Source of the DNA: Amphiscolops sp. MND2022
Taxonomy: Eukaryota
DNA length: 64,000 nucleotides
NCBI GenBank assembly: GCA_964187785.1
Contig: OZ076409.1
Coordinates: 40,674,001 to 40,738,000, forward strand
Direction: 5' to 3'
Below the pieces are notes generated by a model, which made no database searches, was not told the origin of the DNA, and saw nothing but the letters and a program-made list of their open reading frames with translations. Position 1 is the first letter of the stretch; each line of letters starts with the position of its first letter. Shown in pieces: positions 50,186 through 63,050 of the stretch. Both the position numbers and the translations under genes were made by a program.

Positions 50186-50887
50186 AACAAGTCGGCGCCA
50201 TATCTAAGGCTCAAAAATAGCAGAAGGACTTCAAAATGTCAAAGTATTCTCTTCTACAGTACCTGAAAAACACAGAAAGTTGGACCGAATTGGCACTAAA
50301 AGGGGGAACCCTTCGCATTTTCAACATCCATTGTTGCAAAACATCAAATAATTGAATTGTTGAAAAAAAATTCGGAAAAAAGTCTCACAATACCAAAAAA
50401 ACTTAAAGGGGGACCCTTTGGAACTTTTCAACATCCATTCTGTCGCAAAACATCAAAAAATTGAAGGGGGACCCTTTGAGAATTTTTTTTCGAAGTCTCA
50501 CAATGCCGAAAAATTGAAAGGAGACACTTTAGTCTCTCCCGGTATTGTATGTAACGCGAAAAGAAAAAGAAAAACCTTTTTGGTTCAGTTCGCTAGGACA
50601 ATTAATTCAATTTGCGACCATAAAATTTCGTAGAACTTTCAAGAACTATTTTGGTCAGTTCGTGTGAATTGAAAAAAGGAATCACCATAATAGTCGCGTT
50701 TCACTTCATGAAGCGCCGACTAAAAATCAAAAGAACATTACGATTGAAAGCAATGCAACAGGAATGCGATGGCTGAAAATGAAACTTGGAGTTTGGTAGA
50801 AAGACGAAAATATAGAAATGATTGAAAGAAAATTAAAAAGGGTCAATATAATAGTCTCGTTTCACTTCATGAAGCGCCGACTAATAA
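50186..50887 (-). mobile_element. HINE copy (50186-50726) lacking its 3' hairpin, followed by a second isolated 5' end (about 50835-50887)
   Basis: Begins AACAAGTCGGCGCC, with the hairpin lost between two CAAG motifs. The terminal TAGTC.CGTTTCACTTCATGAAGCGCCGACTAA occurs twice. Confidence 0.8.
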
Positions 50888-50971
50888 TTACACTGCAAAG
50901 TGGGTACTGCTATGACGAAAGAGTTAGTTAATAACTAAGGGGTGGCTGAGAACATGAGAAGTGATTAACTA

Positions 50972-52262
50972 TAGCGTTCGACAAAAATAATGAGAATAAT
51001 TATATTTTTTTGAAAAGAACATATCATCTGTTAGCGAAATCAAATCAAAATTTCCTTTGGTAAAATTTTTCAATGTATTATGGTTTTACTTGAGGCATGA
51101 TCAAATTTTGTTTACCCGCGCTGAATTCAGTATAAACTTCCGTTTTGTTGAGTTCATTTTAAAAATGAAAAACGTTAAGTATGTACTTGAATTTTTCTAT
51201 CGAAATGGTTCAAAAAATCCGCGAGAATTATGTGAAAGAACAGGCATTTCATTAGCTACCGTATATCGAAAAATTGGAAGAATTCGCAATGGAGAAAGCT
51301 TCGAAATAAGAAAAGGAAGAGGTCGCCCTCAGAAATTTTCTGCATCTCAAAAAAAGGCAATTACGCAAATTGCTTTGAGAAATCCTCTTTTTTCAGCCAC
51401 AGACGTTAAAAAGTGCTTCGAAAAATCTCACAAAATTTGGTGTCCTCCCGGACATACCATCGGACACTCTTGAGATCCGGAAAATCAAAAAAATGCCAAA
51501 GAAAGTTCCGAATATTTCTCAACAGCAAGAGATCAAACGACTGGACTTCTGCAAGCAATTCAATGTTCCAGGATTCTTCGATAATGTTTTCTTAACAGAC
51601 GAGTCTACCTTCCAGTTGCATCGAAATACCATCAAAGTTTGGTCATCAAAGAACAGCTCGTATCCTAATAAAAAGGTCCCAAAATTCTCCCAAAAATTAT
51701 GGTCTGGGGTGCTCTGTCGAAAAAAGGATTTTTCATGCATATCTACCAAAATAATGCGAATGTTAACTCTGAATTGTACCAGGACACCCTTGTCTACTTC
51801 ATACCTTATGCCAACAAGCTTTATCCAGACGGTTGGATTCTTGAACAGGACGGCGCGATCCCACATACAGCAGCCGGCACTCGAGATTACCTGTCAGGGC
51901 ATGGCATTCAACTTTTGCAGTCGCCACCGAATTCACCCGATCTTTGGACTATTGAGAATGTGTGGCAGATATTCAAGCATGAGATTGAGAAGAAAAATCC
52001 GAAAAATCTTGACGAACTTAGACAATATGCTTGGGATTGTCGCACAATTCTGAATTTAAAGACGAGGAAGAAATCGACAGATGCAACATACGAAAGATTT
52101 TCGAATTGTGTCAGAAATGAAGGAAAACTAGCAAAATATTGACTCTGTTTTTATGATACTAATTGTTTCTTTTCAAAGTTGACATAATATATATTGCTTT
52201 AATATATTCAGTTTTCGAATAAATTGTGTTTATTCTATTCTCATTATTTTTGTCGAACGCTA
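50972..52262 (+). mobile_element. Tc1-family DNA transposon (DD34E), 1291 bp
   Basis: Perfect 27-bp TIRs TAGCGTTCGACAAAAATAATGAGAATA (50972-50998 and 52236-52262), flanked by TA on both sides. Confidence 0.95.
51165..52142 (+). pseudogene. Tc1 transposase with three single-base frameshifts
   Basis: HTH, GRPQK, LTDES, MVWGA, EQDGA and SPDLWTIENVW motifs, with 34 residues between the second D and the E. About 326 aa if repaired. Confidence 0.9.
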
Positions 52263-53281
52263 TATGATTTATCTTCAACTTCGCTAAGAGTTTGAAGGAG
52301 TTCTGATCTGGAATGTATCATTCGCAGATACTAAAGATCGAATGTGGCTCTATTGCCTTCAGCCTTTAAAGCTGGTGGTTCTGAATTTTTCAACATCTGA
52401 AAATTTTTGTTTAAGTTGAATTTCACATGAACCGGCGTTTGAAACAAAATTTTATGATTTCAGTTTGATCATAATTTGGGCCATTTGTGATTCCAGGCCA
52501 TTGATGGTTTCAGACTGGACTATAAAAGTTTATGGTTCCAAGTTGACCATACTCTGAATCATATATGATTCCAGATTGATCATGGTAAGATCATAGAATA
52601 TTTATGGTCAGGAAACCCGGGTACACTAAATCAATAATTTTTCTCAAACAAAAACAAGTGCATCCATGGATCATTATTTCAAATAATTTTTGAACTCTTT
52701 ATTTTGCAAAAACAAAATAGGATAGAGCAACGCCCTGCGAATTTTGTCCAATCAAATTTCTGGCATACTAAATATCAATTTTCTGACATTGAAACTCAAT
52801 TTTTCTGTATCATTAGACTGAAATTTTGTCAGCCGTTTTTTTGGTCAACTGGAAATTGTCCCAAGCACCACTGTACAAGTATCTTTCCTTATTAGTTCCG
52901 GTGCTTATTCCAGACAATCGAAATCGACATGGTTACCAAACTAGGTTGTTCCTTAAAGCAGTAAAAAAATGGGTTCTTATGAGGAAACGTTCTCAAAATT
53001 AATCAGCGTCTATAAAACATTTGCCATCTTTCGGTACTTTTCAAAACTTTTTGGGTGGATATCAATCTGATATATGCTATTACTATTTCCTGATAGATTG
53101 AGATGTTCATTTCAAAAGCTGTATTGCTATCTACAATACGTCAGCGGTTATAAAAGCTGATTCTAGTTGCTAAGGTGTCCTAACCGCCGGCCTGTCTCTG
53201 GTATGATTTTTTTTGAGAAAACTTGTGTGAAGTTCCCAAAGTTTTTCTAAGCTGTGATGGAAACTGAAGGCTTCAACTTCT

Positions 53282-54197
53282 AACAAGACGAGAGCGCCTG
53301 AAGTCGGCGCCCACTCAGTTATCTCTGGGCTTTTTTCTGAATAAAAATAACAAAAAAAAACAAAAGAGGACTCTCAGGTTAAACAAGTTTCTATAAAACG
53401 CCTCAGAATGCCAAAAAGCCCAAAGAGGGTTCTCTCTGGGTTTAAAAGAGCCCTTTCTTACCTCAATTTTTTTTATTTTCCGCCCATATTTCATATGGGA
53501 AAGGAAAATATTTAAATCAAACGGGTTTTTTTTTTTTTACAAAATTTGCCAAGATTTTATTTATATTTAAATTTAAGGGTGTTACCCATAGAATTCAACC
53601 CACATAAATTTAGCTTCGTGCGATATGTATTTGTAGAGATTTTTGAAGTTTTTTTTAAAAAATGACGAAAATGACCCCTTAATGACAAAATGACCCCTTA
53701 ATGACAAAAATTCCCAAATTTCTCATTTTTAAACGTTTTTATGCAATTTTTGCCATTTTTTTGAGAGACACCGCGAATTAAAAAAATGGACAAGATGAAT
53801 CGAAGCTTTCTTTTCTTCGAACTTCTCAGCGTTTTTATAGTGCATTAGTTATTCTTGAGCCTCATTTATGTAGTTGTAGAACAGTTCGGGGCGGAAAATA
53901 TCCCGCTCCTCAGCGGGCGTCTTGTTTTAAAAAAAAAAAGAAAAGGAGACCCGCTAAAAGTTCCGGTAAAAACAAATGGGTGCCCTTTGCACTTTATTTG
54001 TTTCTTAGATGATGTAAAGATGAAGCAAATTCAAAGGGAGGACTCTTAAGCTTCTGTTAATACTCTATAAATCCCCGGCTAAAAGCGTATCTGTTTCACC
54101 TCATTCGTGTAGTTTCGCGGAATAATGTGTGTTGAAGAAACCAAAATGAGTGTGATAGGCTGCTACTTTTAGTTAACTAAAAGCGCCCACTGAAAAC
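53282..54197 (-). mobile_element. Old, diverged HINE copy
   Basis: AACAAGACGAGAGCGCCTGAAGTCGGCGCC at the left end; degenerate AAAAGCGCCCACTGAAAA at the right end. Confidence 0.5.
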
Positions 54198-57100
54198 GCC
54201 TCAACTTGGTTTGAGGAAGTCATTTTTCCGTCATAAAATGCTATACAACTTTCAGGTACTTCGAGTATTAAAGTAAAGTATGTTTGAAACCTCGACCATG
54301 GAAAACTTGTCTTTGTTCTTCCTGGTCCGCTACAGTTTCCATAATTAACGACAAACGGTGGAAATAATTTCGCCACATTTAATATCTTGGGTGGTCCATG
54401 GGTGGTCATCGGTGTAATGATGTTGTGTCCAAGAAGCCAAATCCAGGGTAACATTGATGACGCGCTTTGGCTTAGTCAGGCACAGATAGTTGAAGTGTAA
54501 AAGACCGGACTGTTAAGCAATGAAATACTGGTTCACGTCAAGATTCGTGCAAAACTTCGAGCTGCAAAACTCTGAAGAGTTCAGTTGTTAGTCCACCTGT
54601 GGTCCACCCATGGCCACTCCTCATTGTGCCGTTGTGGCCATTGCAGGGGATGCGATGAGAAAAGGGGTGGCCCCGATGGGTTACCGGTGGATTCTCACCA
54701 CAGGTCTTCAAGACATGTGAGCTTGGATTATCGATACGACAAACACCATTTATTGTTGAATCGATCACAAATCAAACTGCGAGTTTCGAGTTGTTCCGGA
54801 AACATAAAATCGGAAACTGCGATGACTTCAGGTTGACTTTATAATTGGAAACTATTGTAGAGGTACACCTTCTGCATCCATGTCATCATTACATCAGTTC
54901 TACAAATCGTGGCTAAAAGTTTTGCCTAAGCTTCGCTCGATTGTGCGACAAGATAACAAAGAATATTATTGGATTATTGGAACAACCTGATAACGGTATC
55001 ATAGTGCTCTAAAGTATGAAACTTCGAATGACCCAAAAAAGCAATCGGAATTTTCAATAGTAATTTGATATGTAATGGTGGATCAGTAAAAACACTTGTA
55101 TCGAAAAGCTTGCATCTCAACAAAACGTTCAGAAAAATGAATGTTCGAATCAGCAGAAATGGCTGATTTTTTTATTTCACTGTGTTGTCACATTTTAAAG
55201 GGGCCGTCTTTTCCAATTTCCAGGAACGAGAAAGTGTTCGACACGAAAAGGAAGTTATTTTTTTTGCCAATTTGCTTTTATGAATGCAAAAATCTTTGGA
55301 TTTGTTTTCACGCTGAACATCTCCGTCTTTTCAACGTCCCAAGTTCAGTCCCGATGCTTTACATGATTCTGATGGTTTTGATACGGATATTTCTGGAAAC
55401 ATTGGTTAGAAAAACACCCAAAATCATAGTTGAATGTAGAAATGGAAATCAGATAAAAATTGAAGACAATTAAGGAGTGTAAAATGACTGTTTTACTAAT
55501 AAACAATGAAAGATTACGTAAGAGTAACGTTTTTTTCTTTCTAATATGTCCTAAATTTGAAACTCATGCCATTCTCGGTTAATATTTATTATACCCTTTT
55601 TGACAACACATTTTAATTACAGGCGTGATACGTTTGCATGGCTGTTCTTTTCCGAATGGACCGCATAAACCATATATGGCAACGAAGGGTAAAAATAGAG
55701 GTAACATCGATATGCGTAATACTGTAGTATATATGAAAGTAGCACACCCCTAAGTGAATTAGCTAAGATTTTTAGGACTCCAAGGAAAAGGCGATGCCAA
55801 AACTTTTTTCTTAACTGAAGTTATCAAAAAAACGAAATGGACATTTCTTTAAAAAGAAACGAAAACAATTGAGGTGAAAAATGTCCAAAACTGTGAAGTT
55901 TGCAAATACCTTCTACGTTTGCAAAATATACTGACGACAACACTTACCAAGCATTAAGACGGCCTGGTTAACAACTTGCGGACAATTTAATTCCAAAACT
56001 GATTTGTCCACGAAAGACACTTCGAACTCGAAAATTTGCGAACAAACTTGACTATCGGCAAAAAGCAATAATCGTGTCAGGGACGATTCAAATAGATGAT
56101 ATCGCATCTATTTCATTGCATTGGTTAGAAACATCTTCGGTTATAATGAACAAGTATTCGTAACCGGTGAAGTTACTGCGTCTTTGACTGATTTCTTCTC
56201 TTTATAACATAAGTTTCTCTAACTCTGAGAAAACAATTGTTTACCAGTAGATCTACTTTTTCTACTTTCATTTTTCCAGGAACGCTAACAAAATCTGTCA
56301 GTCCAATGACAATTAAAAGAATGAAACCACAGGTATGAAGCAAAAAACTTCATTTCAAGGTGGAATCTCGAATCTTACTGTGCAAAAATTATATGAGCAA
56401 AATTAAATCCAATCTACTCCTAAAGTTTGTGGAAAAAGGAACGATAAATTTCCAAAACATTCTTTCCCGAGGTTTTAGAATCGAAGTTAAAGATCGACTG
56501 GTAAGTAAGGTAGTTAGTTTCTTCCTCGGTTTGAGCCAGATTGGAATATATTAGGAGGTACAGGAAAAACGTAAACAGTCATGATTACAATCAAATACAC
56601 AGCACAATCAGGGGTCTTCAAGATACAACAAAGGTAGAAAACGGTACACTTTTGAGGCGCCAAAGTACATAAAGATCTTTGAAAATCAGTAAATGTATTG
56701 TACTTCTACAAGACACTATGGCTCAAATGTATATTTTTATCTAATCGAAAGTGCTCAACAAAGTTTGCAAATAGCCATGGTGGGTCCTGTGAATACACTC
56801 GTAGCCCAAAAATGGCGCTCACAACAGGTTAAGTGAATCTTGTTTGAACCGCCAACATTACTGAGAGATAAAAACTCGTGATGTGAAGAAAGTGAGTAAA
56901 ATTTGGAAACCATTGGAAACTTTATACCTTAAATAGTTTTCAGTTATACGCAGTTTATCAGAAACTGCTTTTATAATGACTCAATTAAAAAGCAAACCTA
57001 CAAAATGGACAAGATTGGAACCCAATATTTGGCTGCCTAAAGGCTCAAAACAGACCAAAAACAGCTGAATCGAAACGCTCGACGTTATATCCAAGTAATG

Positions 57101-57434
57101 TAGGTTTGGCCTCAAAAATGATAGCAGATTGTTTGACTCGTTTTGAAACGGCGAATGAATGAAGAAATGTCGAGAAGGAAAAACAAGAAAAGCAAACAGC
57201 GTTCTCTACAATTGCATGTCGAAACAACTGCTACGTTTTGCCATTTCTCGACTTTATTCGATGTTGCATCACCATAGCAAAGTTTTGACCAAAAGTAGCA
57301 GCCAAGTGGTCGCGCCAAAATTGGCTCGAAGCTGTAGATTCTGAAATGAAAAAACTTGAAGTCCTCAATAAAAGATACATAGATTTGTTTCCTTAACAAT
57401 GCAGTGTATTTGAGATCAAGACAGTAACACACAT

Positions 57435-57904
57435 AAAGTCGGCGCTATATCTAAGGCTCAAAAAGCAGAAATATCTTTTTTAAAAAAAACTTGAAATTTT
57501 TGAATTTTTTATTTTCGGAAAATGTCGCATAGTGCCGAAAAATGTAAAAAAAAGGATCTTTGGGCTTTATGAACATATTTTGTTGCAAAAAACTCGAAAG
57601 GGTACTCTTTTGAGACATTGAAAAATTTTCGAATAAAAGCCGCAAAATGCCGATAAAAGTCGAAAGTGGGGCCCTTTAGTCTCGTCCAGTTTTGTAGGTT
57701 ACGTTAAAAATGAAAGGGGGCAGCTTTTTGCACTGTTTTCCGCTGACCAGACTTGGCCTTATGGCTTTAGTAGTTTTAGTAGTTTCTATTGTAAGAAAAG
57801 TGGACCAATCAGAGTGACATTGTAGTCTGACGAAAAAAAAAGAAAACAAAACTAGCCCTTGTAATAGTCGGGTTCTTTTCACTAGAAGAGCGCCGACTAA
57901 TAAA
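57435..57904 (-). mobile_element. HINE copy
   Basis: AAGTCGGCGCTATATCTAAGGCTCAAAAA ... TAGTCGGGTTCTTTTCACTAGAAGAGCGCCGACTAA. Confidence 0.8.
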
Positions 57905-59235
57905 CAAAGTTCTTTCATCAGTTACACTATTGATTGAAGCGGAAATTTCGCAAGTAGTTTTTCCTATGTTGCGGTTATATCAATTCTCTCGCTATTTTAA
58001 TTTATTTAGGAACACTTTATTTTTACTTCTAATTGTTTCAGAGGAATTTTTTCATGTGGCCAAACATGATGGTAGGCAGTTCAACTGGAGTAGAATCCTT
58101 ATATAGACACTTTTTCTAACGAAATACGTAGAGAATTTTGTATGGCATACAAGTTTCTTGGTTCGAGTGTGATATTTCATCTTGGCTAATGGTGTTGTTT
58201 TAGTACCACTGAAGGCTGATGGTAGGTTATTTCCAAAGGTAAAAACTGATTTATAGTGAAAAAAAATTGCATTGTTATTTTCCGACCCTACAATTTATTA
58301 TGTATGGGAGGAAAATTATAATCTGTATTGTGTTCTTTTTTACATTTTCCCTAAATCTCCATGTTCTCCAGTTTTCTGTTAGTTACTATTTGAGGCACGA
58401 TGACTTTTTTGGTAGCGCATCTTCTTGTAACACAGTCTATTGTGGGATCGAATCTCGCCCCTGCTTGATTTGTTCCAACAAGGCGGAAATTATCACGGTG
58501 TTTACCGGGCGACTTGTTAGAAAAACATTGTTTTTAATTTTCAAATCACTAGATATTTCCAGGTTCTGACAAATAAAACATGCTTTTAAACCGCAACTAG
58601 GTGTAGTTCAAGTGTTGATAAGGAAGTTTGCAAAAGGCCTTGAAGCAAAATTGCTTGATAATGAATACGAATAAAAACGAGAACTCTCCCGAGGTAATAC
58701 GCAAGCTTTTTCCAGCAGGAAATTTACAACTGCAAAGATACAATTGCCACAACGAATTAGCAAGAACTTGCTAATTCCATTAACAGGCAATGGAAACGCG
58801 TTGTAATTTCAGATACGCGTTACGTGTTTTGCTCGTAACTGTGTGATTTGGCGTTACGCGTAGTGATCAAAATACAGTAAATGACTATTTTACACAATCA
58901 CGCTCAATGATCACAATGCGCAAATTCTTGTTACACTGTGCATCACAATCCGCGATGAACACGGTGTTTTTTTACTAGAATACGGCTCGCTGTCGTTTTA
59001 CGGAAAATACCCTTTACACTGGATGATAAAATCACATTTTGCGGCATATGTATCGTAATGTTTCTAAAAGTACAAAGATTTGAAGAGATTTTTCACTTGT
59101 GATTGAAACTTTTCGCTAATTTGTTGTTGGAATCATTACAGAAGACAGGAATTCAATTTTATTCTCCTTGAAATGAAAGTATATGATATTCATAATATTC
59201 GACTACAGTAGCAACTAATTTTTAAAGAAGTTTCC

Positions 59236-61400
59236 TAACACAATTGACACCTTTGTCAGCAACAAAAACATCATCTGCATATTGGACCAATTTACATGTT
59301 TCATCAATTATGTTCCGCATACTGTCGATGAATATATTGAATAAAAAATATGCAAGTGCAGTACCCTGTGGAACTCCTTTATGTAGGCTAATCTACTCTG
59401 ATGACACATTTGGAAGAAATACTGCTTGAGTTCATTTGGTCAGATAGCTTTTGATTAGGGCAATTGCAGTAAATTCAAACTGATAATCTCTGAAAGTTTT
59501 CAACAGAATTTCAAGGAAAAATGAAACAAAAATTTTTGATAGATTGAGAAATGCATCCGCTACCATTGTATTAATGTTTTACCTAATCTGTTGTTTCCAG
59601 TGGCATACAAAAGGACATCAGTTGTTGAGAATTTGCACGAAATCCAAACTGGATGAGACTTAGACGGTTATGTCTAAAAAAACTTGCAATCATTTAATTA
59701 CGATTGGTTTATATTGACTTGTTTCTTCGGTGTCACCGTTTTTGTATATTGGTAGAGCAAGTGCTTTCTTAAGTTGATTCTGGAACCCTTATTCTTTAAA
59801 AAAGCGGTTATTTTTCTTTTTTTTTTCAAATAGGTAAGTTCGTTGATAATTTTGTTTTATTCTTGGTGCGCCCGAGCAGGAGTATTAGATGGTCCGAGCA
59901 GTTTCCTTTGAATTGCTATACTTTTTGTTTACACTCAAAAAGTGTAATCCGATGAAACTTGGTTTCACGGATGATAATCCCTACAATATGTTCATTTATG
60001 AGTTGTTTCGGCTTGTTGAAAGAGGTAACGTTCAGACTGGATACAATCCAAAGATGTTCAAACTTTTTTTTACACAAAATACTTTTTGCAACAAGTGATC
60101 ACTTTCCACTTTTGCGGGATATGTAACAGAAATATCGTAATAACCGTAATGGAACTATCAGCATAATTTCTCCACCATATTCTTTTGCCAATTGAGTCGT
60201 TGTCAGCCCGAATGTTCTGAAGATAATTGGATTATTTTGCCTCCAAAATCATCGGTTTGTTTTTGCCATGTTCCCGAAACACCATATTCAGTAGTTATAT
60301 CCAGCGTCACCCTTTTTAAATAAAGTTTTCCTCATTTACGTGGAAAGTTTAAATAATTGCTATTAGTGCGGAACATATTTGTTGCGACCTTGAAAGAAAA
60401 TTGAGGCCTGGGTTTGTTTCAACAATACCACCTAATTTGCGCTTGCACTCGGAATACAAATTGAAAAGGGTTTTACCTTTTTTCATCAGCGCTTGCAAAA
60501 AGTCACAGAAGCAGTTAGGAGAGATTATCGTTTTAAAAGAGCCTAAAAAGAAACATCGTCTAGAATGGGTTCTATGAATATCTTCGTTTACCAGCACAAA
60601 GAGCCCTTTTTGGATACGAAATAAATCAGAACGTTTAAAAGAATGAAAAAACAGCAAAAATTAGCGTTTTAAAATCAGTAGTGCTCTCGCACAATTGGAA
60701 TTTTGCACAAATAGACAGTGACATTAAACTATTAATTATACTCGGGAGGGTAGTATCTTCGAATCCTGTTTCCGACTGTGAGGTAGTAGCGTTCGTTACG
60801 AAGCCCAGTTGACAGTTTCAGTAGTTGCGATAGTGAACAGTTTCAGAGGAATGGAAAACTTTTTGAATTGTTGAAATGAAGATTATAGGAGTACAGTTGC
60901 CGAGAATGTTGGAACGAATTGACCACTTTGTTATTCTCCACTGTTCAAATGCCATCCATGCTGCTATATTGTAGTCCAGTAGTTTGTTGAATTCGACAAT
61001 TCGCTTATTATCATCAGGGCTGTTTCGGACATGAGACACCTTGCACATTACTGTTTTTCTGGCTTGAATTTAGTTCGCACAAGATCCACTAGCTCGTTAA
61101 AACTTTCAAAAAAGGTTACCGTTTTGGTTTTTCCTTTAGTAATGAATTTGTGCCATCTTGAATTATGACTGTTTTTGCAATTTTCGTCCGCATGTTTTTG
61201 CAGCGTTGAGCTTTTCTCTTTGGTTGTTGAAACGAACGATGAGTAGCTCATCGGTTATATCTTTGGCATGGATGAATCTACCGACTGTGCGAATCCCAAC
61301 GACTATATTTTGATCGCTACTCTGTAGAGGAAGGGCTGGAATTCACGCCCACTCTCTGCACTGTTGTGGTCTCCAGTAAACTTGTTATTTGGGTAAGGTT
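59236..61400 (-). mobile_element. Decayed non-LTR retrotransposon (CR1/L2-like): SGNH-type ORF1 and RT remnants
   Basis: RT motifs QFGFR, KGVPQGTALAYFLFNIFID (about 59370) and QYADD (59270-59284). ORF1 remnants IVVG[D]S (about 61300, one base lost), IIQDGTNSL (about 61150) and NKRIVEFNKLL. Confidence 0.75.
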
Positions 61401-62639
61401 TTAATGTAATCTTCAATGAATTTTTTCTTCTTTCTGACTAATATTGAGGTAAACATCGTATATATCAATTATGCTCAGTCTCTTGAACGCTGTTTTAGAT
61501 AGCTTTGTGAATTTAATTGTCACTTTTCTGATGGTTTCAAGGCATTGGAATCATGTAACATACGACAGTTGTCCAAAATCGTCAACACTGTCTGTAAACG
61601 TTCATGAAGGTAAAACGTTGATACCGTTTGATTCCATCCACGCAATGTTTTTATTTCAGAGTTTTCTTTTGAACTAAAGTGTTTCGTCTTGGGACTGTGA
61701 GTATCTTATTCATTCCCACTAAACTGAATACGTGAAAACCACAGTCGAAGCTGGAAAACAATTGATTTGTAACTTCTCTGTTTTTTTTTCAGAAACAGTT
61801 CAAGCATGTTATTTAGGTTACAATTTAGGTTAAAAATTGCTGGGTAGATTCATATTCCTCCACCGACTTTTATGGATGTCCCAATTCTCGAAAAGGTTCG
61901 AAAACTGTGGGAAAATGTCTTCAAAAAAATCAAAAGTTCAAAAATTTGGAATTAGTCAATCAATTCATTAAGATGGGGATCAAAACGGCTTCTGGTTTTT
62001 TCTTTTGTTTTCTTCTCCAAATTGTTTGTTTTTGTCATGGCTTGAGCTATGTTTCAAAGTCAAAAGACAACAATAAGCAGTTGAGACTAATGTTAACCTT
62101 ATAAAGCCCCGATACAGGCGTAAGGCTCTGTTGATCATAGCATTATGGGACGTTCCAAGTCATTTTACAGAATATTTCGGAAGAAAAAGAACAATAGTTA
62201 TAACAATACCAAAATAACGGAAAGTGTGCAATAACAAAAACAACAAAATAACAAAAAAACAGGGAAGGTGTGCTAGGTAGTCAAAGACTGCTCCTAATTA
62301 TTTGGATCTTCATAAAAAGTAAACACTCAGTACTGCTGAAGACAAAACAAACTTGCATAAAACGTCCGAAAAAGTAAAACGTTGACACTTTCTGATTCTT
62401 TTCACGCAGTTTTCGATTTAAGGTCTTTTATCTTTTAAAAGTGTTTTATCTTTGGACTGTCAGTATCTCATTCACTCCCGCCAAATCTTAAACCTTAATA
62501 AGAAAGTCGAAGCTGGAAAAAAGTGACTTTTGTCTCGTCCGTTTTTCCATGAAAAAACTCAAATTTGTGTAAGGGCTTAGATCCCCAGTGTCCCTAAGAT
62601 CAAAGGCAGACCTAGAATCGTTCTTTGTTAAATTTGTCT

Positions 62640-63050
62640 TTAACCCAAAAATGTCCCTCCGCTCCTGAAGACAAGGAACCCATATTATTTTGTATCTCAG
62701 GGATAACTCTGTCACTAATTGCAGAGCGTATGGCTCGGTTAATCTGAGAATGCATCATCTCTTGAGAAAGTCTCAAAAATGTTTCATTTGAGAAGATTTC
62801 CAAAAATTCCAATACTCGATCATGTCTGGGCATTTCATTTTAGGCATTTTTAATCCTAATTTCCTTCTCTTGTGATGAATTTCCTCTAGGATGAGAAGAA
62901 GCATCAGTTTGGTTATGACTAACTGAGCCATTGATGGTTTTCACTATTTCTCTCCAAAAGAATTAATGTTTTGACCACCTAACATCACGCATATGTTGTC
63001 ATAATCGACTGTGTGTCCCTTTCTCCAGATCAAATCCCTTAAGTTTCCTG
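62640..63050 (-). pseudogene. Broken coding remnant, probably of retroelement origin
   Basis: Protein-like fragments RLSQEMMHSQINRAIRSAISDRVIPEIQNNMGSLSSG and DYDNICVMLGG. No catalytic motif. Confidence 0.3.
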
